From contig OX597835.1 in the NCBI GenBank assembly GCA_951406725.2, positions 35,650,001-35,714,000 of the forward strand: 64,000 nucleotides of DNA, in the 5' to 3' direction. Below are positions 25,478 to 38,772 of this stretch, piece by piece. The notes under the pieces are model-generated. The model saw nothing but the letters and a program-made list of their open reading frames with translations. It did not search any database and was not told where the DNA came from. A program made the translations under genes and the position numbers. The stretch's first letter is position 1. Every line of letters starts with the position of its first letter. This stretch comes from Octopus vulgaris. Taxonomy: Eukaryota.

Positions 25478-27015
25478 TACACACACACATACACACATAC
25501 ACACATACATACACACACACATACAAACACATACATACATACATACACACATACTTACATACACACACGCATACATATACATACATACACACACACACAT
25601 ATACACATACATACATACACACACATACATACACACATACATACATAGACACATATATACATACACACACACATGCACACATACACGCATGCACACATAC
25701 ATACATACACATACATACACACCTACATACTATACACACATACACATACACATACATACATACACACACGCGTACATATACATACATACACATACACATA
25801 CACACACACTTACACACATACACCCGTACATACATACATACACACACACATACACACACATACATACATACTTACACACATACACACATGCATACATATA
25901 CACACGCATACATATACATACACACACATACACACATACATACATATATACACACATACATACACACATACATACATAGATACATACATACACAAACATA
26001 CATATACATACATACATAAACACATACACACACATACACACACACGCACGCACACCTACATACATACACACACATATATACACACACACGTACATACATA
26101 CATACACACACACACTTTCACACATACACACACACATACATACATACGTACATACATACATACATACACACATACATACACACACATACATACATACATT
26201 CATACATACATACATACATACACACACACATACACACATACATACATATACACACGCATACATACACACATACACACACATACACACATACATACATACA
26301 TACACACACGCATACATATACATACATACATACATACACATACACATACATACACACATACATACATACACACATATAAACATATAAACACACATATTAG
26401 CCTCTACATTGTACACACACGCACACATATATACATACATTCACTCTCACGCACGTACTCACACACGCACACACACACACATTTACATATATATACTATA
26501 CACGCACACACACATACACACGTACAAACACACACAAACTCACATACACACCGACAGATATACATACACAAAATACACCTATACGCGCACGCACACATAC
26601 ACATAAACACATACAAACGCACACACACACGCACACACATACACGTACATACATACACACTCACACAAATGAACCCACACATACATCCCTACAGACACGC
26701 ACGTACAAGCACACACGCACACATACACTAGGTTAAGCAGTTACTCGCCACACACCCACACTCTACGCATACACACACGAACACACACATGCACACACAC
26801 ACACACTACAAACAACACACACATGATACATATACCCCTTTGTTTTTTGACCTGGCTTTGACCTGGCTGGATACAAACAAGCTAGCTGTCATAAAGGAGT
26901 GCCTTGTGACAGCTAACTTGCCATGCTTTATTCACCATACATACACACACACACGCACGCACGCACAAACACACTTATCATCCTTGCACACACACACACA
27001 CACGCACACACACAC
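24470..27015. repeat. 2.5-kb degenerate (CA)/(CATA) array
   Basis: Directly visible; lies between the PLE stop codon and a same-strand pLTR. Confidence 0.9.
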
Positions 27016-27029
27016 ATTCATTTTTTTGA

Positions 27030-27293
27030 AACTCTCTTGTTTTTAAAAATCATGATTCGTCTACCTCTCAACTTCTGTTCTTTCAACATGTGATCTCTTG
27101 AGCACCACCAGCAAAAATATTTTTTTCGTCTGTCTTCCCTTCTTGGGATCTTTCCTTCTCCTTGTTTCCGACGAAGAGCTCCGCTCGAAACGTTAAACCC
27201 TCCTTCCCTTCTTTCCTGAGCGTCAAATAATACTTTAATTGTGTCACGTCCTCGCGTTGCTGTTTTTTTCTGTGTTTTCTTGTTTGGATTATC
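27030..27293 (+). mobile_element. PLE pLTR family B with HHR motif at 27164-27198
   Basis: gttt CCGACGA A GAGC-TCC-GCTC GAAAC GTT aaac. Confidence 0.7.
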
Positions 27294-27311
27294 TATATAT
27301 ATATATATATA

Positions 27312-27387
27312 TGTCTTCTGCCATAGTCTCGGGCCGACCAAAGCTTTGTGAGTGAATTTGGTAGACGGTATCTGAAAGTAGCCCGTC

Positions 27388-27454
<67 letters not shown>

Positions 27455-27560
27455 AAGCTTTGGTCGGCCCGAGACTATGGCAGAAGACACTTGTCCAAGA
27501 TGCCATGCAGTGGGAATGAACGACAGTTGGAAAGTAAGCTTGTTACCACACAGCCACGCG
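27312..27560. mobile_element. Rearranged SINE family B with internal inversion
   Basis: Plus-strand piece 27312-27390 and minus-strand piece 27451-27560 share a perfect 39-bp inverted overlap. Confidence 0.8.
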
Positions 27561-27581
27561 CACACACACACACACACACAG

Positions 27582-27650
<69 letters not shown>

Positions 27651-27664
27651 CATATATATGTATG

Positions 27665-27698
<34 letters not shown>

Positions 27699-27704
27699 TA
27701 AATT

Positions 27705-28255
27705 TTGAGTGCTACTGGTAACATGTAACCCAGTACAACCTGTTGCGTGGTCGGGTCGTCGGCGACTAAACCGGCGACCCCACCAAGCTTGCTTGGTGAG
27801 GAGGGTGTTTATTGGACACCCTGCGAGATGAAAAACAAAACCCGTCAAAGGGCGGAGGAACTCTTGAGAGTCAACGGCCATCCAATAGATGTCTTAAGGC
27901 TGTATCATGCGCGGGGACATAGAAATAATCTGACTGAATACCCGATCGCGCGGTTAAACCATTGGGAGTGAAGGACTCCTAGCCTTTGTTAACGGCATCC
28001 TTCTAGGAGAAGGTAACTCAGGTAACTGGGATAACTCCGACATAAAACCTGCGGCTCAGTGGTTACCGATGATGTTGACTTGTTCTTCTTTTCGGATTAT
28101 GACTGTTGTTGCTTAGGAAGTGGGATTGACTCAGTGCACATCCTTTCTTCACTTTAAAAAAAATCTTGCACAGGCATTGCACGATAACAACATTGATTAA
28201 GCTTCGTGCAATGGCCATACTCGATAACGAAGGGGCAGCCACCATGTATAAGTTA
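27705..28255 (+). mobile_element. Structured repeat with Ceph-domain/RTE-5'UTR-like motif
   Basis: ggcatccttctaggagaaggtaactc resembles the Ceph-type motif from memory; four consecutive hairpins at the 5' end; microsatellite-flanked. Confidence 0.4.
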
Positions 28256-28367
28256 AATAGACATATTCCATTGACAATTCAATTATCTGTTTATATTATA
28301 ATATAATATAATATAATATAATATAATATAATATAAGGTAACAAAAAATACCATTAAAAAATCAGGG

Positions 28368-28448
28368 AGCCAACAATTTGTTTCGACTTATATACATTAT
28401 TTGATTTATAAAATATTCATTTCCTCTAATATATGTCTCTTCACAGCT
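28368..28448 (-). ncRNA. Type I hammerhead motif (C3G mutation)
   Basis: Minus strand agct GTGAAGA GAC-ATATA...TATAT-AA-GTC GAAAC AAATT GTT ggct. Confidence 0.55.
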
Positions 28449-29109
28449 TTGGTTCAAATACAGACGAAAATCCGTGTGAAAAGACGGCTGGGTTGTAAGA
28501 ACATAAATTAAATACCTATGTATTATGAGCATGAGCATTAACCTCTCAACTGAAGAACAATTACAATAATAAAAAGAAAAACTGCAAAATTATAACGGAC
28601 GAAATAATTAAATAAATCGGATCTACAACTATCGAAATATATTTCTATATATCTCAAATACAGTAATATTAATACAAATTCCTGTAAGCCGAAGACAATC
28701 TTTGGCTATTATAATAACATACAACAATAATATATAGGTATATATATATTAAGTATCAGGGTATTACTTAATCTAGAGACTGTAATAAAATGTGTAAATG
28801 ATAATATACTAGTATATTCGTAATACGTAACAAATCTCTTTTGTTTAAAGTTAATGATATAAAAAAATATTGTTAAACAATATTTTTTTTTTATATCATT
28901 AAACAATAAAAAAAAATTTCATTATTTAATATTTAATATTTAATTTCAAGTAACGATGGACGTAAACAAACAAACGGAGTTTGCTTTAGAAATGTTGAGA
29001 TGTCTTAAAAAGTTAAAGAAGTGATTTATAATTCTCAAACGCAGGATAATGCTAATAATATAGCCTGAACAGGATGAGCTACCCCTATTTTGTGGAAAAA
29101 AGTGCTGGC

Positions 29110-29185
29110 GGACGGCTATGAGACACGAACTCACACCTCTATGATTACGCGTCTCGGTGCTGTGAACCAATTAAGTTAAACCGGC
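29110..29185 (-). pseudogene. tRNA-Thr(CGT)-like pseudogene or SINE head
   Basis: Acceptor GCCGGTT/AGCCGTC (6/7), A-box-like TAACTTAATTGG, anticodon loop CG-CGT-AA, T-arm GTGAG-TTCGTGT-CTCAT, T6 run just downstream. Confidence 0.55.
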
Positions 29186-29447
29186 AAGTGGAACGGGCTG
29201 AGAAAGTTTATGAGATTTTTTTCTGTTTTCCTCCTATCAGATATTCAGTTCCAGCGTACGTCTTAGATGGCGCTCCGGTCATCTGCTGACAGTAATAAGC
29301 GAATTGCTTGAAGGAATGTTTCGAGACATCTGTAGATATCCGGTTGAACAGAACACTAGAGTCGTAAAACTCTGCCCCATGGACAACCCTACACATCCAT
29401 TATTATTCTGGTCGAGAGAAATTGCGTTTACCTTTACGTCCAAGGTT

Positions 29448-29574
29448 TCGACCCCGAAAGAATGAAATACAAAGACGACCTCGGCGGAATTTTGACTCAG
29501 TAAACGCCAAGACGGACGAAATGTCGCTAAGTAATTTACCTGGCATGCAAACGAATCCGCCAGCTCATCGCCTT
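29448..29574 (-). mobile_element. MetaSINE-type fragment, degenerate
   Basis: tcgaccccgaaagaatgaaatacaaagacgacctcggcggaattt...gccagctcatcgcc. Confidence 0.7.
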
Positions 29575-29741
29575 GATGGTATTAGGAAATAATGATTGAG
29601 TTTTTGTTCGTTTCCAAAAGCGGCGGACAGACAGACACGTTGGGTTATAGAACAAAATTCCTTGTGGAATTTGTTCTAGGTCTCTTCCACGGAGCCACTT
29701 TACCTTCAAATTGTTGAGATTAATAAAACGATGTACTGGAG

Positions 29742-30018
29742 GGAAATGTTGGATAATCTGTCTGGCACTATTTATTCGATGTCCTTGCGCTCTGAATTTT
29801 CGGTTGGTTGATTTAATCTGCCACCCGGTGTAATAACACCTCTGGGTACGCTGTCGTCATTGACACACTTTAAAAGACGATGAATTGGAGTAAATGTTAG
29901 ACTATCTGTCTGGCAAGATTTGTTCGATATTTTTGCGCTCTGATTCTTCGGTGGTTCATTTAATCTACCACCCCGTGCAATAACACTCCTAGGTATCCTG
30001 TGGTCATTGGCACACTTC
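29742..30018. repeat. Diverged ~148-bp tandem duplication
   Basis: Two colinear units aaatgtt.ga..atctgtctggca...tttaatct.ccaccc...tcattg.cacactt. Confidence 0.8.
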
Positions 30019-30289
30019 ACTATGTTATAAGCTTTCGGGTCAACACCCCATTTTCAAAATAACTTTCTCCCTTCTTCGCATGGCCTGGTGGTCATGGTGC
30101 TGCACTGACGCTCGAAAGATGTGGTTTCGATTCCCGACCAAGCAGTTTGTTGTGTTCCTGAGCACAATACTTCATTTCTTTTCCTTTGATTTCAAATCAC
30201 TCAGCTGTAGATGAATAATAGGCTGATTTCTCATTCGAGGGGTGGAATAGCAATGATGTGATCTCGGTCGCTTATACACTGCGCAAACC

Positions 30290-30709
30290 GGATCTTTTCG
30301 GTTTGAACGGCAGATTTTTCTAGCGGTGTCATATGAAATTGTCACCCATAATTATGACCCTAGTATCGATCTATTGCATTTCAATCTGTTTTAGGGTTAG
30401 TGTTAGGGTTAGGGGGGAGGAAGGGTATCTTTTTTTCTTCAGAAATGTAAATAAACCCAATCTGTTTCTTAAACGAGGGACATATTCATACGGCACAGAA
30501 TGTTTTCACATCAATAGACGTCATTGATTGGTTGGAATTGCAGAAATTGCAGAAAAAAACAACAAATATCTTACAAACTATAGAATTTTCTCAATAAAGC
30601 CAAGAGAAAAAGATGTTTTATAAACACATTCTACAAGTATACGAAATTTAAAAGTGTTTAGTTACGTGGAAATTATTTTTAAAAACTGCCGTTCAAACCG
30701 AAGAGATCC
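30290..30709. mobile_element. MITE with ~29-bp TIRs and 8-9-bp TSD
   Basis: ggatcttttcggtttgaacggcag / ctgccgttcaaaccgaagagatcc; flanks cgcaaacc and cgtaaacc; internal TTAGGG units at 30391-30414. Confidence 0.85.
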
Positions 30710-32097
30710 CGTAAACCGAGTACTTGGTCCTGTGAATTCTAGTCAACGAGGCAGTACTTATTCAAAGATATTAAAAATTTTCCACATTTTTCAGTTCAGC
30801 CCCACCTATTTTTCTGCTAGGGCACATGCACCGTGAAATTCTTGAGAGAGTATGATGCATTACGTCTGGCTTAGCTGGGTCGTTAGTGACCCTAAGTTAT
30901 CGCAGGCGTTTGAGAATTGTTCGTTGCGTATTGTATGTACAAGACAGTTGTAACTACCAGGAGTTGTTGTTGGTGATGATGATAATAATGATGACGACGA
31001 CGACGACGACTATTGCATAGCGTGAAAAAGACAGTGCCCGTGGCCCTTTCTTTCATCAGAACCCTCATTGATTACTGAGAATCAATAAAAATAGTAACAT
31101 CGATAAGAAGAACCCCCCCCCCCAAAAAAAAAAAAAAACAATATTTAGTATGTCGTCAAAGAGTGCTAACGATTCCGACTGAAAGATTTGGTATCTGATT
31201 TTTACTTAGGTTCGCAATTACGCCCCCATTCACTCACGTATATGTTAATTCCTACATTTGTCGGTCTCTACTGCCACCGTTAAATGTAACCTGTACAACT
31301 AACATATCTACCTACCTATCTACCTGTCTACCTCCCCCTTCATAGACACCTTGCATGTACTTAGCAAACACACCTGTCTAAAAAACAACACACCTGCCTA
31401 CGTAACAAGCTACCTATCTTCTTTCTTAGATAGCTAGATACGATTTCCTGCCTACCTACCTACTTACCTTACCTACCTACGTACAGAAAGATCTACCTAC
31501 TTACCAACATCCATGTCTAACTACCTCACATGACCGACCTACCTATCAACCACCAAACCATCTTCCCTACCTTGTCTCAAACTATCAACCTACATGTCTG
31601 TCTACCTTCTCGGTTGCTTACCTACGTACCTACATTGCAACCTACCTAACTACCTGTCTGTCCACCACCCTGTCTGTCAACATATGGAGCATGACTACGA
31701 TACAGATGAAGGTAACGGAAGAGAGGACATGAAGAGAGAAGACAGAGAGAGAGAGAGAGCGAGAGATAAAGAAAGAAAAGGAAAGATTGTGAAAAAGACA
31801 GTGAGTAGAAAAAAGTGGGGAGGAAAGGATCTGTTGTAGGTAATAGGACCAAAATGCAGGGGTTGGGGAGAGAATAGAAAAAAAAACCCCAAAAAACTCG
31901 AAACCTAGACGCACACATATAGAGGAGCATATACCCACCCATGTATAAATATTTATATAAATTTACATACGTGTATATACATAAAAGAGAAAAGAGAAAG
32001 AGATACACGTACATACTTACGTACATGGGCACACGCATATATATATATATATATATATATATAGATATATGTATATACTTATACATACATTCATACC

Positions 32098-32146
<49 letters not shown>

Positions 32147-32342
32147 GTATATGGGTATATAGTATATTTGTTGATAAATGAGTAGAAAAATCAATCTATG
32201 GCGAATTTCGTTGAAAATGTCATCAGACATCATATCAATTATAATATATATTTTTCATATGAAGAAATGTATTTTAGAAAGATCTACTACACATACAAAC
32301 GGAGACACAGACACACACACATATATATACACACAGCATGTG

Positions 32343-32402
<60 letters not shown>

Positions 32403-32556
32403 GGGATATTCTACACCTTTTATCTGTCACTGATTTCATATAATTACAGATCTAATAATAGACTATTACATACCTACATATCTATAACTGTCTGTCCTAC
32501 CAACCTGTCTGTCAGCCTACATCCGCATCTACCTGACTGTCTGTCTCGGAGCCGGG

Positions 32557-32627
<71 letters not shown>

Positions 32628-32628
32628 C

Positions 32629-32659
<31 letters not shown>

Positions 32660-32822
32660 ACTATCTATCTATCTATCTGTCTATCGATTTATATAAGTAA
32701 AGTTATATATATATGCTAGGAAATGCATATATGTATCATGCATGTATTATGCGCACAAACATACACACATACATACATACATACACACATACAAACGTAC
32801 ATACAGACATGCGCACACATAC

Positions 32823-32854
<32 letters not shown>

Positions 32855-33137
32855 CATACATGTATATATAGATGGATAGATACATACAAACATACATACA
32901 TACATATATATATATATATGATATTTATGTATAAATATGAACGTATGTATGTGTGTGTGTTTATGTGCTCGCATATATCGATTCACATATAAGTAAATAT
33001 ATATACGTATGTATATGCAAAGACAGTACGCGCACACACTCACACACATATAATACGTATATAAAAAGAATACAAATATATATAAATATATATAGTTAGA
33101 TACATGCACACACACACCTATATATATTTATGTATGA

Positions 33138-33333
<196 letters not shown>

Positions 33334-33881
33334 TGTATGTATATATCAAAGTATGCGTGTATATCGTGTATATATAACTAAAGTGGCTTGTTACTTAAAG
33401 CGGTACAACTCAGAAGACGGCAAATGTGATTTAAAACTACTTTAACGCTTTTTACTCATTATTTTTTCTCGCTGTGGCATATAATAAATTTAATAAACGT
33501 ATTTCCGCGTTAGCTTTCTAAGGTACACCATCCTTACTTTGAAGAATTTAGTATGGAGTGACACACTCATGTGTCTCTTAATATAGACACACACACACAC
33601 GCACACGCACACACACACACGAACGCACGCAGACACACACACACACGCACGTATATATTTCACTTACACAAATACACACGCATATACTAAATTACATAAA
33701 CACACGTCAAACATACACACATAAATCCGCATTCACACAAACACATATCAGGAAAAATTAATACGTTAGAATAATAATTTCACTGCACACACATACACAC
33801 ACACTCACACACACACATACACACTCCCCCCCCCACACACGAACATATGTATGTTGATATCCAACTCCCCCACTATTTATA

Positions 33882-33971
<90 letters not shown>

Positions 33972-34029
33972 TACATATGTGTGTGTATGTATGTATATAT
34001 ATGAATCTCTCTCTCTCTATATATATATA

Positions 34030-34268
34030 CCGGAGTAAACACATAAATGTAAAGCAAGGTGGGAAAAGAGTACTCAAATACCAGGGGTTGAGTAATATGC
34101 TTTATTTAAAAACAGCAGAAATTCAACAAAACCTGTTACGCTGAGTTTCACGTTCCCGTTCGTCGGATAGTTTTTGTTAAACAATTTCTTTTAACAAAAA
34201 CTGTCTAACGAACGGGAACGTGAAACTCAGAGTAACAGGTTTTGTTGAATTTCTGCTGTTTTTAAATA
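34030..34268. mobile_element. PLE pLTR family C fold-back with an HHR motif in each arm
   Basis: 78-bp arms 34103-34180 and 34191-34268 (4 mismatches), 10-nt spacer; HHRs at 34133-34170 (-) and 34201-34238 (+). Confidence 0.8.
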
Positions 34269-34387
34269 TATATATATACAATACATATTTAGACATATAC
34301 ACACGCGTATACCCAGGGATATTTTATATATTATGCTGTATACATATATATACAGCATAATTTATGTTTATAAATATATATACACTC

Positions 34388-34786
34388 GTGGTTGTGTGGT
34401 AAGAAGCTCGCTTCTCGACCACATGGTTCAGGGTTCAATCCCACTGCGTGGCACCTTGGGCAGGTGTCTCCTACTATAGTCTCGGGTCGACCAAAGACTT
34501 CTGAGTGGATTTGGTAGACGGAAACTGAAAGAAGCCCATCATATATATATGTATGTATATATTTGTGTGCGTCTGTGTTTGTCCCCTCACCCGCCATCAC
34601 TTAACAACGGATGCTGGTGTGTTTATATCCCCGTAAATAGTCGTTCAACAAAAAATACCGATAGAATAAGTACTTGGCTTACAAGACTATGTCCTGGGGT
34701 CAATTTCTTCGACTAACACCCTTTAAAGCAGTGCTCCAGTATGGTCGCAATCAAATGACTGAAACAAGTAAAAGAATAAAAGAATA
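34388..34786 (+). mobile_element. SINE family B
   Basis: Colinear with 6656-7140. Confidence 0.85.
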
Positions 34787-34872
34787 TATATATGTATAAA
34801 TACATATATATATATATGTGTGTGTGTGAGTGTCTGTGTGTCTGTGTGTGTGCATGTATATATATATATATG

Positions 34873-35601
34873 TGTGTGGCAGGATGGATACTGAGATCCT
34901 TGAAGATAAGAGACCAAGAAAGTATGTTGACCCTGTGGAGAACCTTTAGTTTCAGCACCCTGGACTACTGTTCCCAGTTATGGTCAGCACATCGTGCCAA
35001 ACTAATAGCGGAGCTTGAAGCAACCCAACGCCTCTACACTAAAAAGATTGAAACAGTGCAGTCAATGAGCCATAGGGAGAGTCCGAGAAAACTACAGCTT
35101 TACTCATTGGAGCGAAGGCGTGACAGATACGCAATAATATACATATGGAAAATCCTAGAAGGGCTAGTACTTAACTTTGGCATTGAGTGTTATACAAATG
35201 CCAGAACTGGCCACCATTGCATTGCACCAAAGGTACCGTCCAGTCCATCTAAATTCAGGAGCAGAGGCTGCAATAGTCTAGGGTTCAAAGGCCCACAGCT
35301 CTTCAAAGCTCTGCCACAAAAATTAAGAAATTTGCATAAGATGGAAGTAGATGTCTTCACAAAGGAACTAAACATCCTCCTCTCCACAATGCCAGATAAA
35401 CCAACGGTCCGACATGAGATACAAACAAGAGTTGCGGAATCAAACTCAATTATACATCAAATGAGCCAGAAGATGGGAAAAAGGCACATATAGGTGTGGT
35501 GATGGGAAACACCCAGGTTCAGGAAGTCAGAAAGACCATGGGGCTGCTCCAGCATGACCACATGACCCATGGCTGAAACGAGTAAAAGTGAAAGAGTAAA
35601 A
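34873..35601 (+). pseudogene. CR1-group LINE 3' end (RT C-terminus plus 3' UTR)
   Basis: GWILRS...LDYCSQLWS...LEATQRLYTKKI...LQLYSLERRRDRYAIIYIWKILEG...PQLFKALP...PDKP; the tail resembles the SINE B tail. Confidence 0.88.
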
Positions 35602-35690
<89 letters not shown>

Positions 35691-35836
35691 CACATACATA
35701 TACATACATACATATATATATATATATATTTATATATTTATACACACACACACACATACACACACATATATATATATATATATATACACACACGCAGAAA
35801 TATATATATATAAGAGAACAAAGTGTACGTACGTCG

Positions 35837-35880
<44 letters not shown>

Positions 35881-35884
35881 AAAG

Positions 35885-36153
35885 TAAAATACAAAATGGG
35901 ACAAGATCAGAACATCCGGACAACTAGGTGATACAAAAAGGGACAACAAAACATCCAGATAGACGATACAAAAAAATACGGACGGGTCATTCGAAGCCTT
36001 TTACCTTCAGTCAAGGACCGGATCATCCTCGTATTTTCGGCTAAATGACCCATCCGTGAATTTTTTGTATCGTCTACCTGGATGTCTTGTTGGCTCTTTT
36101 TGTATCACATAGTTGTCCGGATGTTTTGCGTTCTTGTCCCATTTTGTATTTTA
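35885..36153. repeat. ~108-bp inverted repeat, probable PLE fold-back
   Basis: Arms 35885-35991 and 36044-36153, 52-bp spacer, embedded in (TA)n. Confidence 0.85.
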
Positions 36154-36154
36154 T

Positions 36155-36223
<69 letters not shown>

Positions 36224-36406
36224 AATTATATATATTTTTTGTGCGTGTGCTATCTCCCGATTTAAATAGGTAAATAGCATATACTCAACGTGCACGTACA
36301 TGTTCCCACGTATCATATATATGTATACATTAACAACTATAATAATTTTAACGTTCTAACGATTTATATGTATGTAGAAATATATATATATATATATATA
36401 TATGTT

Positions 36407-36498
<92 letters not shown>

Positions 36499-36718
36499 GT
36501 TGTGTGTGTGTGCGTGTGTGTGTGGATAAATATGTATTAATGAAAGGATGTCTCTTACGGAAGCATGAGAAATGGTTGAAGATAAAAATGCGTTTCCAAC
36601 TTTAGAGAAATTACTGTCAATGTTGAAAACAGACCCATTAATTGACAAGATCAAATACTGTACTGCGATAAATGATTTAGATGAAATTACATCCCCACAG
36701 CAGGGTTCTCTCAATTCA

Positions 36719-36761
<43 letters not shown>

Positions 36762-36804
36762 TTATATACAGACAGTTTTAGACGCACTCACGCGTATATG
36801 TATG

Positions 36805-36892
<88 letters not shown>

Positions 36893-36998
36893 TATTTTAT
36901 GTGTAAGTATAGATTTATGTATGCATGTTCATATATGTATATAAATGCATACATAAACACATGCATGCAAACATATGCATACATATATACATACATAC

Positions 36999-37041
<43 letters not shown>

Positions 37042-37613
37042 AATATATGTGTGTGTGTATTTATATAAACATATAAATAAATACACGTACATACGTTCAT
37101 ATAGATATACATACAGATATGTACGTACATGCGTGTGCGTACTATACATGAATATGTACATAACAATATGTATATATATTTACATGTGTATGTGTATGTG
37201 TATGTGTATGTGTGTGTGTGTGTGGATACGTGAATATGGATAAGTACGAACACTTGTCATTGTGTGATTCTGCGTATGTGTATTTGCTTTTCTATGTACG
37301 AGTATATATAATCGTGCATATACGCGTGTTTGCATGTACAGGATCGATATTTTATTTCTGTGAAATAATTAACAGCTAATTTTCGTTTTTGTTGACTCAA
37401 TCCGAGGAAAAAAAAAGAATTTCTATATTAATTCGGCTTTCGCTCCTTCACCGCCATTGCACAGATTTATTTTTACGCAAGAATACATTTATACATTTGT
37501 ATGTGTGACAATATATATATATGTATATGTGTTTGACTCCACGTGTGTGTGTGTTTACATGTATATACGTATAAACATATGTGTGTATGAGTGTATGTTC
37601 ATATGTGTGTATG

Positions 37614-37661
<48 letters not shown>

Positions 37662-37921
37662 TGTATAAACATACATGTATGTATATGTATATACCTGCAG
37701 ACGTGCACATAGGTGTTAGAGTGAATGGGTGTGGACATTTAGCTTATACATAAATGATTACATGTTTATGAGCATATCTACATAATTATGGCGAAGTATA
37801 TATACATTAAAGTAGGTATACATTTATATAAATATACACACATACATATCCTGAAATATATACACTCGCATAATGTATTATGTAAATTATGGAAGTATCT
37901 ATAATGAATAATGTAAAATGT

Positions 37922-37958
<37 letters not shown>

Positions 37959-38215
37959 TATTTAAACATATATATATATGCATACATATATGTATATATA
38001 TATGTGTGTGTGAGTATGTAGATATATGTATGTATATGTATTTATATGTATGTGTGTATATATATACGTATACTTTGTATGCACTCATATGAAAATAAAC
38101 AACTTCTACATACTCAAAATATTCATATAATAACTACGTTTAAATAACGAAAATAAGTAATATTACGAAAAATAAACTTACGTTGAAATATATTAAGCAT
38201 CTTAAATATACCTTA

Positions 38216-38254
<39 letters not shown>

Positions 38255-38682
38255 AGATATATAGATATAGATATACATGCAGATATAGATATATATACGT
38301 ATATATATGTATGCATATAGATTCATAAAACTATATATATAGGTCGAGGTGTATATTTAAATGCATGTACGTTTGAAGTTTAATATATATCTATATTATA
38401 TTGAGTGTCTAAATATTTTGATGCTTTTAAGTGGCTTCATTTGGCTGTGCATTGAAATTAAATCTTCGCCGTCATTAACACATGCAGACGAACAGGGGCT
38501 TATTAAATTACATTTATATATAATGTTATAATGCCTTGCATCATCATTTTTTCAGCACCCCACCACGCACACTCATAAATATACCCGTCTCTACATACAC
38601 GTATATATAGTTACATATCTATTTATATGTATACATATATATGTATATATATATATGCATACATATATATTTATATGCATAC

Positions 38683-38772
<90 letters not shown>

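Noticed and set aside
28851-28902. AT-rich palindrome
   Set aside because: Mostly A and T runs; low information.
30391-30414. Telomere or chromosome-fusion scar
   Set aside because: Only about four units, and internal to a MITE.
36572-36781. ORF MVEDKNAFPTLEKLLSMLKTDP...
   Set aside because: Short, runs into (TA)n, no recognisable homology or splice support.
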